Shown here in pieces: positions 45,501 to 53,119 of a stretch of 64,000 nt of DNA. Under the pieces are notes generated by a model. It ran no database searches. It saw nothing but the letters and a program-made list of their open reading frames with translations, and had not been told where the DNA came from. Source of the stretch: Myxococcales bacterium (GTDB lineage: Bacteria; Myxococcota_A; UBA9042; JABWCM01; BTVJ01); NCBI GenBank assembly GCA_045863395.1, contig BTVJ01000013.1:64001-128000 (forward strand), given 5' to 3'. Made by a program: the position numbers and the translations under genes. How positions within the stretch are numbered: position 1 is the first letter of the stretch; each line of letters opens with the position of its first letter.

Positions 45501-45681
45501 GTCTCCAATCTCCGTGACCGGAGACCTGGTCGTCCAGGATCTCGTGGCGGCGCTGGTCGTGCTGGCCGGCTACGACGACGAGGGGGCCCTCGAGACGCTC
45601 GGCGACGTGCTCGGGTTCGACCCCGCGGACAAGCCCGCCACGGTCCCCTTCGAGGCGTCCTTCGCCCTCGTTGGCGAGTAG
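42571..45681 (+). CDS. Large hypothetical lipoprotein, possible glycoside-hydrolase-like TIM barrel with a PKD-like module
   Basis: Lipobox 'LHAC'; 'DGFRL...LCAGG...QYALYEALRRLGVRYYHP' resembles the N-terminal domain shared by GH20/GH67/GH115; PKD-like 'VDLGDGS...ATHGYAGSG'. Confidence 0.65.
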   Translation: MHRITCVLLVALLHACAGVESPSGSVGSGDVASHVDAASDTAVAGLDVSGASARAGGVAILAPDSADPLTERMIATAAATVEAVTGVAPDVHRLPVGSDLSALAALASADGAALVIDAQVVSPAAVGADEVTGLPRDGFRLRVVDAGDATVALCAGGTKLARQYALYEALRRLGVRYYHPEQEWAPRVPPSQLRARLRTPTAVARGGEDHVPDFEHRSYSFHAAHPLEHQEAFSDAAHPIDEAARVNDWIVKNRGDLLRGAGRGVASQESWAQRAAELQALGDLLGLRGATGITLHNQQQGASAAVDPSSAVPVKDQIEALVTERLAASPDAIHFGIHFGPTELTVTPDQETVQWIDWAGKKAKALRPDLPVMINDHTTGSQPTPNYDDLGCPPGTNGEGRGDYYDLAFHTDPSLGVSVHTVMFYPLEGAAPVYNQKTFAHKLCLMQKASAAGRPLTWFPEGSWWLSFDNPIPVYLPLYIATRGRDVELVAPLLASRGGTLIGHRMFNSGHEWGYWQQDYAVGLWHWNVDVSMDAVLGELFDPLCAPDAWPGSCPARDEGIAVLREVMDHQWELLLVRADWKGMAGGLFTYLSGEDPADEMGELAGLTFRPVRVSFSKVRGWSDAQIAAFEAGDLAALAEMESAYLGWVDRLRAVEVEVAEGARPWLWEVIDGLEINGLRARHIRLLYETVIALRAAEQSGEPSQANRAGVGARRLQAKAAMDAAAAVIARREAHYRYPAAQVHGGGDTPETAVPNGTTYPWRVHFKTHAMSYWKNRESQVDLLIQGGVSTDVLRLEPAIAKPGVSLSLAWPPGLDGTVDLGDGSLAGPATATHGYAGSGVWVIAGSVESGDSQIPVSGAVARSDALASTPKGGLTLVAPASSVAQTVIAALSPGFRWAFIPATSDSAGAIALAPDLGGVDFRRVSVASIPAGSAGVATDPITLVVPVPDPSTGEVTLQLTVQGAVLNAATEAGAVVSPISVTGDLVVQDLVAALVVLAGYDDEGALETLGDVLGFDPADKPATVPFEASFALVGE

Positions 45682-45753
45682 AGGCCCAGGCTCGGGACCA
45701 GGGTGTCCACCAGCGCTGCGGCCACTCCGGGGAGGGCACGGCAATGGTTTCGG

Positions 45754-45782
45754 GTGCAAGATCGTCGCGCGTCGCCTATCAT
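45754..45782 (+). promoter_or_regulatory. Candidate sigma70-type promoter for the Gly-rich and Cys-rich gene pair
   Basis: GTGCAA, 17 nt, TATCAT. Confidence 0.35.
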
Positions 45783-45850
45783 GGCTCCTCGATCAGATGT
45801 CGAGCCGCCGCGCGCCCAGCGCGCCGTCCAGAGGCGGACACGGGAGGACG

Positions 45851-48640
45851 ATGATGGCAAGGCCCGCTCGCTTGATTCCACCGCTCTTCGCCATGACGCT
45901 GCTCTTGGGCATGCCCGCCAGGGCCGTGGACGTCGACCCGCGCCTGCCCATCCAGGGACTCGTGCTGACGTCCGGGGGGACCCCGGCCAACGGCACCTTC
46001 GCCATGACCGTGGCCCTCTTCGGCGATGCCACCGGCGGCGCCCCGGTCTACTCCCAGTCCTTCGCGGCGGTGCCGGTCTCGGCGGGGCTCTTCGACGTGG
46101 TGCTGGGCCCCATCGCGGACGGCGTGCTCGACGCCGATCCGACGCTGTGGGTGCAGACCACGGTGGAGAGCGAGGTTCTCCCGCGCCAGCCGCTCGGGGC
46201 GAGCGCCTACGCCTTCGTGGCGCGCCACGCCAAGGTCGCGGACGCCGCCAAGGGCCTCCTGTGCTCCGGGTGCGTCGGGGCGGGCGCGCTCGCGCCTGGC
46301 GCCGTGACGGGCGCCGTGGTCGTCGATGGCAGCCTGGGCCCCGAGGACGTGTCGATCCCCTATGCGCTCTCGTCCTCGAAGGGCGGGCCGGCTCTGGACC
46401 TCCAGTGCTCGGGCTGCGTGGGGGACGGGGAGATCGCCTCCAACTCAGTGGGCTCGGCGCAGATCAAGGACGGCAGCATCGCCGCCGCGGACGTCGGCTT
46501 CCCCTGGGCCGCGGCGGCCGCCCCCGGTGGCGCTGCGGCCGACGTCGCCTGCACCGGGTGCATCGGCCCCTCCGAGCTCAGCGCGGGCGTGGTCGCCGCC
46601 TTCGTCGATGCGGCCGGTGACACCATGACCGGGGCGCTCGCGATCCAGGCGCCGTCCGACCCCCAGCTCACCCTCGGCGGCGCCGGCGGCGCCGGCACGC
46701 TGGACATCGTGCGGTCGAGCGGCGCGGCCGGCGTGCGCCTGCTCACCGGGGCGACCGAGGAGTGGCGCCTCGGGCTCCCTTCTGGCTCAACGGCGCTCCA
46801 GGTGACACGCCCGGGCCTCACGGCGCCGCCCCTCCACGTGGCGGCGTCGGGCAACGTGGGCGTAGGTCTCGCGAGCCCGGCCTACCGCCTCGACGTGGGG
46901 GGCGACCTCAGGGTCGCGGGCAAGCTGATCGTCGGCGACACCGAGCTCACGGGGGCGCAGCTCGCCGACCTGCTGGCCTTCGTCCAGACGGTCGAGGTGA
47001 CGGCTGAGCTGGGCGCCGCGGGCAGCACGACCCTGGCAGAGGGAGCGAGGGCGCCCGTGCTGATCAAGCGCGTCCAGGGCGGCGGGAGCCTGAACAACGT
47101 CGCCAGCGCCGAGATCGTCTGGTCGGGCTCGCCGGCGTTCCTGGATGGGGCCGCGCCGGTGGTGACCATCGCCGAGAAGTCGACGACGGCGCTGGGGGCA
47201 GTCCTCGCCGTCCCGCCGATCACCTCCCTCGGCGCCGGCCAGTCCCTGGGTGGCACCCTGCGCCTGCTGAGCCCGGTGGGCACCAAGGTGGCCGAGGCGC
47301 CGTTCACGGTCGCGGGCCTCGACGAGCTGATCGTCACGGGCACCGCGTCAGTCAGCGGGACCCAGACCTACAGCACGATCCGCGTCTCGGGCACCCTCAC
47401 CGGCACTGGGACCTCACCCGTCCAGCTCTCCGCGACCGGCGACGTCGTCATCGACGGCGGCTGGGTGCGGGTGGACGCCAGCGGGTCCACCGGAGGGGCC
47501 GGGGGCGGCAACGGCGGCGTCGGCGGGGGCGCGGCGGGCGTGGGCTCCGGTGCGGGCGGCGGCGCGTCGAGCTGCGCCGGGGGCGGCGGCGCGGGCTTCG
47601 GGACGCCCGGCGGCGTCGGGGGGAACGGCGGGCACGGGGGCACGGCCGGCTCCGCGGGCGGCGCGTACGGCAACGCGGAGTTGTCGCCACTCGTCGGGGG
47701 GTCTGGAGGCGGCGCAGGCAACACCGGCTGCCGCCCCAACACCCCGATCGCCGGCGGAGGTGGCGGCGCCATCGCGCTGCGTGCGGGCGGCGCCCTGAGC
47801 GTGGTCAATGGCGGGCGCGTCACGGCCAACGGCGCCGGGGGGGCGGGCTGCGACGTCGGCGGGCAGCGCGGCGCGTCCGGCGGCGGCTCCGGCGGGGCGG
47901 TGCTGCTCGCCGCCCGGTCGACCATGACCCTGGGCAGCGCGACCGCGGTCCAGGCGGGCGGGGGTGGCGGCGCCGGGGCGAGCGACGGCCCGGGCTGCGG
48001 CGGCTCGGGTGGCCAGGGGACGGGCACCGGCGTGGCCGGCGCGGCGGGCGGCGGCGGCGGCGGTGGTGGTGGTGGCGTGGACGGCCCCGGAGGACCAAAG
48101 AGCGGCTGCTCGGCCTGCTGCTCGGGCACGTCGGGCAACGGCGGCGCGGGCGCATGCGGTGCCGGCGGCGGCGGCGGCGCCGGCGACGACTGCAACGGAG
48201 GCACCACGGACAACGGCCAGCCCGGCACCTGCTCCGCAGCCGGCCGCGGCGGCAACGCCGCCGGCTCCAGCGATCCGGGGGCCGGGGGAGGCGGCGCCGG
48301 CCGCGTGCGCGTCGACGCCGCAGATCTTGCCGGCCCCCTCCCCTCGTCACCGGCACCGGGCCTCCGGGGCGCGACCCTGGCAGCCAGCACGCCCCGGGTG
48401 GTCGCCGGCACCACGCTGACCGCCACCGTGGTCACCTGCCCCGGCGGGACGGTACAGGTGGCCGTCAACGGCTCTCCGTCCGCGACGGCCGTGGCCAACG
48501 GTGCGGGAGTCGCGTCAGTGCCCCTGACGCTGGCGCCTGGATTCAACTCGCTGGTCCCCATCGTCAAGAGCAAGACCTGTACGTCCGTCTCGCCAAACTC
48601 CGACGCAGCCGGCGAGCCGCTCGTCGTCGTGTCTCTCTGA
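45851..48640 (+). CDS. Secreted fibre/adhesin-like protein with C(S/T)GC repeats and a long glycine-rich region
   Basis: GGAGG RBS, signal peptide ending 'PARA-VD'; 'PIQGLVLTSGGTPANG...GLFDVVLG...LPRQPLGASAYA'; three C(S/T)GC(V/I) repeats; 'GNVGVGLASPAYRLDVGG'; poly-Gly region. Confidence 0.78.
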   Translation: MMARPARLIPPLFAMTLLLGMPARAVDVDPRLPIQGLVLTSGGTPANGTFAMTVALFGDATGGAPVYSQSFAAVPVSAGLFDVVLGPIADGVLDADPTLWVQTTVESEVLPRQPLGASAYAFVARHAKVADAAKGLLCSGCVGAGALAPGAVTGAVVVDGSLGPEDVSIPYALSSSKGGPALDLQCSGCVGDGEIASNSVGSAQIKDGSIAAADVGFPWAAAAAPGGAAADVACTGCIGPSELSAGVVAAFVDAAGDTMTGALAIQAPSDPQLTLGGAGGAGTLDIVRSSGAAGVRLLTGATEEWRLGLPSGSTALQVTRPGLTAPPLHVAASGNVGVGLASPAYRLDVGGDLRVAGKLIVGDTELTGAQLADLLAFVQTVEVTAELGAAGSTTLAEGARAPVLIKRVQGGGSLNNVASAEIVWSGSPAFLDGAAPVVTIAEKSTTALGAVLAVPPITSLGAGQSLGGTLRLLSPVGTKVAEAPFTVAGLDELIVTGTASVSGTQTYSTIRVSGTLTGTGTSPVQLSATGDVVIDGGWVRVDASGSTGGAGGGNGGVGGGAAGVGSGAGGGASSCAGGGGAGFGTPGGVGGNGGHGGTAGSAGGAYGNAELSPLVGGSGGGAGNTGCRPNTPIAGGGGGAIALRAGGALSVVNGGRVTANGAGGAGCDVGGQRGASGGGSGGAVLLAARSTMTLGSATAVQAGGGGGAGASDGPGCGGSGGQGTGTGVAGAAGGGGGGGGGGVDGPGGPKSGCSACCSGTSGNGGAGACGAGGGGGAGDDCNGGTTDNGQPGTCSAAGRGGNAAGSSDPGAGGGGAGRVRVDAADLAGPLPSSPAPGLRGATLAASTPRVVAGTTLTATVVTCPGGTVQVAVNGSPSATAVANGAGVASVPLTLAPGFNSLVPIVKSKTCTSVSPNSDAAGEPLVVVSL

Positions 48641-48651
48641 GGGTGAGGATC

Positions 48652-50937
48652 ATGCGCTGGCTCGGCATCGTGGTTCTGGGGTTCATGGCGGGGTGTGTGG
48701 CGGCGGAGCCCGCGGAGCCGATCGGCGACGGGGGCGGTGACACCGCCGCGGCGGACACGGTCACCGCCGACGGGGGCGCGCCCGACGAAGACGCGGGGGC
48801 CGACGTTGGCGCGGACTCCAGCCAGGACGCGGCGCTCGGAGACTCCGGTGGGACTCACGTCGACGCGGCCCCGGGAGACTCCGCCGCCGACGCCGCAGAC
48901 ACAGAGCCCCCCGGAGAGATCGGCCCTGACTCCAGCGCCGCGGACTCCGAGGACATCGCGGCGGTCGAGGAGTGGCCGTGCGAGGACGACGGGGACTGCG
49001 ACGACGGCCTGCCCTGCACGGCAGGGCTCTGCTCCGAGGGTCTGTGTCAGTGGGCGGAGCTGTGTGCCCTCGTACCGTGCGAGGAGAGCTCCGACTGCGA
49101 CGACGGCGACCCGTGCAGCGACGACACGTGCGTCTCGTGCCCTCCAGGCGCAGCAGCGCTCGGCCTGTGCGACCCGGACGGGGCCGTCTGCGGCGCCACG
49201 CTCTCGGACTGCGACGACGACGACCCGTGCACCACGGACGTGTGCGATCCGGTGGCCGGGTGCGGGTCCACCCCGTGTCTGCCCCCGGACGCCTGCCACA
49301 CCGCGGACTGCGTGCCGGGAGGCTGCGCGGTGGCTCCGCTCACGTGTGACGACGGGGACGCCTGCACCGGAGACTCCTGCGAGCCGGCCAGCGGGTGCGT
49401 CCACGCTCCGGTCGCCTGCGACGACGGCGACCCGTGCACGACGGACTCCTGCGATCCGGGCGGCGGGTGCGCCCACGGCGCGGTCTCCTGCGACGACGGC
49501 GACGCCTGCACGCAAGACTCCTGTGACCCGGCCAGCGGGTGCGCCCACGGCGCGGTCTCCTGCGACGACGGCGATGCCTGCACCGACGACGACTGCGACC
49601 CGATCACCGGCTGCACCCTCGTGGCAGTCTCCTGCGACGACGGGGATGCCTGCACCGAAGACGACTGCGACCCGATCACCGGCTGCACACTCGTGGCAGT
49701 CTCCTGCGATGACGGCGACCCGTGCACCGCAGACTCCTGCGACCTGGGCGCCGGCTGCGTCCATGCGCCCGTCTCGGGGTGTGTCTCCTGCGCCAGCTTC
49801 CTGGACTGCGACGACGGCGACCCGTGCACCGTCGACGCCTGCTTCGTGGGGGCGGCGACCTGCGCCCACGCGCCGGTCCTCTGCGACGACGGCGACCCCT
49901 GCACGGCCGACTCCTGCGGCCCCGCCGGCTGCGCCCACACCCCGACGCCATGCGACGACGGCGACCCATGCACGGTGGACTCCTGTGGCCCGATGGGCTG
50001 CGCCTCCGCTCCGCTCCCTTGCGATGACGGCGACCCGTGCACGGCCGACGGATGCGCCGGTGGCGCGTGCAACCACGCGCCCGCCGTATGCGACGACGGC
50101 GACCCATGCACCGCAGACGCATGCAACCCGCTCACCGGCTGTGTCCACCCTCCCCTCGCGTGCGACGACGGCGATCCGTGCACCGTCGATGGCTGCGACG
50201 GCGGCTGCGCCAGCGCTCCACTGGACTGTGACGACGGGGACCCCTGCACCGAGGACGCCTGCCTGGGTGGCGTCTGCGGCAGCACGCCGGCCGCCTGCGG
50301 GGACGGCGATCCCTGCACCGCCGACACCTGCGACCCCACGGTTGGTTGCCTCGCCACCCCCCTCCCCTGCGACGACGGCGACCCCTGCACGGCCGACTCC
50401 TGCCAGGGCGGCTGTCTGCATGTGCCCATCCCCGGCTGCGGCGGCTGCGAGGCGAGCTGGCAGTGCCAGGATGGCGACCCCTGCACGCTGGACGCGTGTC
50501 TGGGCGGCGCCTGCGAGAACCCTCTGGTGGACTGCGAGGACGGGAGCCCCTGCACCATCGACCTCTGTGACGACGCGTCGGGGAGCTGCCAGTCCACCCC
50601 GGTGGACTGCGCGGACGGGGACCCCTGCACCATTGATGGGTGCGATCTGTCGACGGGGGCGTGCAGGAGCCGCCCCGTGACGTGCGGCGACGGCGACCCA
50701 TGCACGGCAGACGCCTGCAACCCGTCCGGCGCCTGCGCGCATGCTCCGGTGCCCGGCTGCACCGGCTGCGCAGACGCCGCCGCGTGCGACGACGGGGACC
50801 CCTGCACCGAGGACACGTGCGCGGTCGGGGCGTGCGCCAGCGCGTCGCTCCAGTGCGTGGCGGGCCCCTGCGAGCTGAGCTACTGCGACCCCTTCGTCGG
50901 CGAGTGCGTCACGGTCCCCGACCCCACCTGCCTCTGA
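48652..50937 (+). CDS. Cys-rich repeat lipoprotein (about 25 CDDGDPCTxDxC units)
   Basis: Lipobox 'MAGC'; D/A-rich linker; tandem 22-25 aa units resembling the Dictyostelium/myxobacterial Cys-rich repeat. Confidence 0.88.
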   Translation: MRWLGIVVLGFMAGCVAAEPAEPIGDGGGDTAAADTVTADGGAPDEDAGADVGADSSQDAALGDSGGTHVDAAPGDSAADAADTEPPGEIGPDSSAADSEDIAAVEEWPCEDDGDCDDGLPCTAGLCSEGLCQWAELCALVPCEESSDCDDGDPCSDDTCVSCPPGAAALGLCDPDGAVCGATLSDCDDDDPCTTDVCDPVAGCGSTPCLPPDACHTADCVPGGCAVAPLTCDDGDACTGDSCEPASGCVHAPVACDDGDPCTTDSCDPGGGCAHGAVSCDDGDACTQDSCDPASGCAHGAVSCDDGDACTDDDCDPITGCTLVAVSCDDGDACTEDDCDPITGCTLVAVSCDDGDPCTADSCDLGAGCVHAPVSGCVSCASFLDCDDGDPCTVDACFVGAATCAHAPVLCDDGDPCTADSCGPAGCAHTPTPCDDGDPCTVDSCGPMGCASAPLPCDDGDPCTADGCAGGACNHAPAVCDDGDPCTADACNPLTGCVHPPLACDDGDPCTVDGCDGGCASAPLDCDDGDPCTEDACLGGVCGSTPAACGDGDPCTADTCDPTVGCLATPLPCDDGDPCTADSCQGGCLHVPIPGCGGCEASWQCQDGDPCTLDACLGGACENPLVDCEDGSPCTIDLCDDASGSCQSTPVDCADGDPCTIDGCDLSTGACRSRPVTCGDGDPCTADACNPSGACAHAPVPGCTGCADAAACDDGDPCTEDTCAVGACASASLQCVAGPCELSYCDPFVGECVTVPDPTCL
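48997..50934 (+). repeat. Tandem coding repeat array with a 66-75 nt unit
   Basis: Recurring TGCGACGACGGCGACCC(C/G)TGCAC core; units 49561-49632 and 49633-49704 differ at only 3 of 72 nt. Confidence 0.9.
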
Positions 50938-51040
50938 CGGTCCACCACGGCAGGCACCGACCGAGACCCGCGGTCGCCCGCACACGGCGCGCTCCTCGCG
51001 CGTCGCCAGGCCACCAGGGCCCCGCCCGCAGACGCCTGCG

Positions 51041-52810
51041 TCACTCCACGGGGTACGCGTCCAGCAGCTCCTGGGGGACCTCCCCAGCGGTGGCGATGGC
51101 CTTGAAGGTCGCGACCCCCTTGCGGGCGACGCGGGCCTTGACGGGGTCGTCCGGATCCACGGCAAAGAGGCCCATGCGGATGCCCATGCCGTGGTTCCAC
51201 TCGTAGTTGTCGAGGAGCGTCCAGTAGAAGTAGCCCTCCACCTTGGCGCCGTCGTGGATGGCGCGCGAGAGCCACGTCAGCATCTGGGCCAGGAACTCCA
51301 CCTGGGTGCCGTCGTCGCTCGGGTCCGCGGTGCCGTTCTCGGTCACGATGATCGGCAAGGCGTAGCGCTCGGTCACGGCCATGGCCATCTCGTAGATGCC
51401 GCGCGGGTAGTACTCCCAGGGCACCAGGGTGAAGGGGTTGAGGGTGAGCAGCGGCGAGAAGTCGGGCAGCGCCGAGACCCCGGTGCCCTCCACGGTGACG
51501 CGCGTGTAGTAGTTGATTCCGAGGAAGTCCATGCGGTTGGCGAGATCCTCACGGGGCTCGCCCGTGCCGTCCGCGTCGTCGTCGAGGACGCCCGCGCACA
51601 CGCCGTCGAGGAACAGCCAGTTCCACAGGTACTCCGTGTCCTTGGCGGCCTGCACGTCCAGGGGGTTGCCCGGATCCTTCGCCCGGACCGGGGCCGTCGC
51701 GTAGACGAGCCCAACCCGCGACGCCTGGCCGTCCCCGTCCGCGTCCACGGTGTCCGCCGCCTTGACCGCGTCGTACATGCGGGCGTGCGCCTCGATGAGG
51801 GCGACGGCCACCTCCCGCGCCTCCTTGCCGCGCAGGCTGACGGCGGGCGGGTTCGTCCGCTCGGCGCTCGGCATCAGGTAGCCCGGCAGCACGACGGCCA
51901 GCGGCTCGTTCTCCGTGGCCCACAGGTCCACCTCGGCGCCGAACTCCTGCGCGACGAAGCCCGCGTACTTCGCGATCTCGGCGATGGTCCGCTCCTTGTC
52001 GAGCCAGCCGCGCGGGCTGCACCCGTCCAGGTCCTTGTGGCAGCCCACCGCGTCGTGGATCCACGACGGCAGGGTGTAGTGGTTGAGCGTGATCAGCGGC
52101 TTGAGCCCCCGCACCTTCAGGGCAGCCAGCATGGCGTGGTAGGTGGCCAGGGCGTCCGCACTCGCGATCGCCTTCAGGGCCTCGTAGCCCTCGACGCCGT
52201 CGGTCGCCGTCGGGAACACGCGGCTCCACTCGAAGGACATGCGCAGCGCGCTGCTGCCGAGCTCCTCCGCCGCGCGCTGGAAGTCGCCGTCGTACAGCTC
52301 CCACATGCCGGGGCCCTTGGAGACCGGGTCACCGCTCAGGTGGGTGCTCGGGTCGGCCACCATGTCCGGTGACATGACGAACTCATACCAGTCGGAGTTG
52401 GGGTCGTCGCAGGTGGCAGCAGGCAGCGTCGGGCAGCCCATGTCCACCTGGAAGCCAGCCACCGCCGTCCCGAAGAGGAAGCCCGCAGGGAACGGCGCGT
52501 CCGCTGGCCAGGACGGGCCCGCGTCCGGGGTGCCTGCGTCATCGGGGCCGGCGTCGTTGCCGGTCGCATCCGAGCCCCCTGCATCCGCACCGCCCGTATC
52601 GGTCACTCCCCCGCCATCGCCGGTGGCACCCGAATCCGCTCCGGCCGTGTCTCCGCCCGCGTCCGGCGCGGCGTCCGAGGTGCCCGCGCCGTCTGCGGTG
52701 TCCTTGGCGCCACCGGTGTCCGACGTGCCGGCCCCCTCGGGGGACTCGTCATCGGCGCAGGAGGTCCACACGAGCGCAGCCAGGAGCAGGGTCAGAGCAC
52801 GAAGTGTCAT
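51041..52810 (-). CDS. Glycoside hydrolase family 1 lipoprotein (beta-glucosidase/galactosidase-like)
   Basis: 'FPAGFLFGTAVAGFQVD', 'RMSFEWSRVFP', 'TLNHYTLP.W', acid/base NEP, 'GINYY', nucleophile 'VTENG', 'WTLLDNYEW'; lipobox 'WTSC'; GGAGGT RBS. Confidence 0.93.
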   Translation of the reverse strand: MTLRALTLLLAALVWTSCADDESPEGAGTSDTGGAKDTADGAGTSDAAPDAGGDTAGADSGATGDGGGVTDTGGADAGGSDATGNDAGPDDAGTPDAGPSWPADAPFPAGFLFGTAVAGFQVDMGCPTLPAATCDDPNSDWYEFVMSPDMVADPSTHLSGDPVSKGPGMWELYDGDFQRAAEELGSSALRMSFEWSRVFPTATDGVEGYEALKAIASADALATYHAMLAALKVRGLKPLITLNHYTLPSWIHDAVGCHKDLDGCSPRGWLDKERTIAEIAKYAGFVAQEFGAEVDLWATENEPLAVVLPGYLMPSAERTNPPAVSLRGKEAREVAVALIEAHARMYDAVKAADTVDADGDGQASRVGLVYATAPVRAKDPGNPLDVQAAKDTEYLWNWLFLDGVCAGVLDDDADGTGEPREDLANRMDFLGINYYTRVTVEGTGVSALPDFSPLLTLNPFTLVPWEYYPRGIYEMAMAVTERYALPIIVTENGTADPSDDGTQVEFLAQMLTWLSRAIHDGAKVEGYFYWTLLDNYEWNHGMGIRMGLFAVDPDDPVKARVARKGVATFKAIATAGEVPQELLDAYPVE

Positions 52811-53119
52811 CACGTACCTCCGGTGGTGGCGATCCCTTGGCAGCCGAGGCTAGTTTCCGAGCACAGGTGTGTCAACGACGCGCGGCTCCGGTCGCCGGGC
52901 GCCCCGCTTCCTCGTCCGCCAGGTACCGCCCGCGTGCCCCCCGGCTCGCCATTGCCCGTTGCATGCGGCATGATGCGGGCCATGGCAGCACCCCACCACC
53001 TCCTCCGTAGTGCGCGCCTGGTCCGGGTGCGCCTCCCCGAGGAGGAGGCCGTCCGGCGGAGGATCTCACACGCATGATCGGGACCTGCCGCTCGCCAGGG
53101 CGACCAAGGAGCAGACACG

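Noticed and set aside
48997..50934. Regularly spaced ~24-nt conserved cores with variable intervening sequence, superficially CRISPR-like
   Set aside because: The cores are in-frame codons for CDDGDPCT with synonymous variation, unit lengths are multiples of 3, and no cas genes are present
47368..51165. 1265-aa minus-strand ORF with repeats
   Set aside because: Mirror of the Gly-rich and Cys-rich repeats on the plus strand, which have signal peptides and typical codon bias
52968..52982. Possible sigma54 -24/-12 site (minus strand TGGCCCG-CATC-ATGC) upstream of GH1
   Set aside because: Two mismatches to consensus, and GG-N10-GC is common at this GC content; not supportable without TSS data
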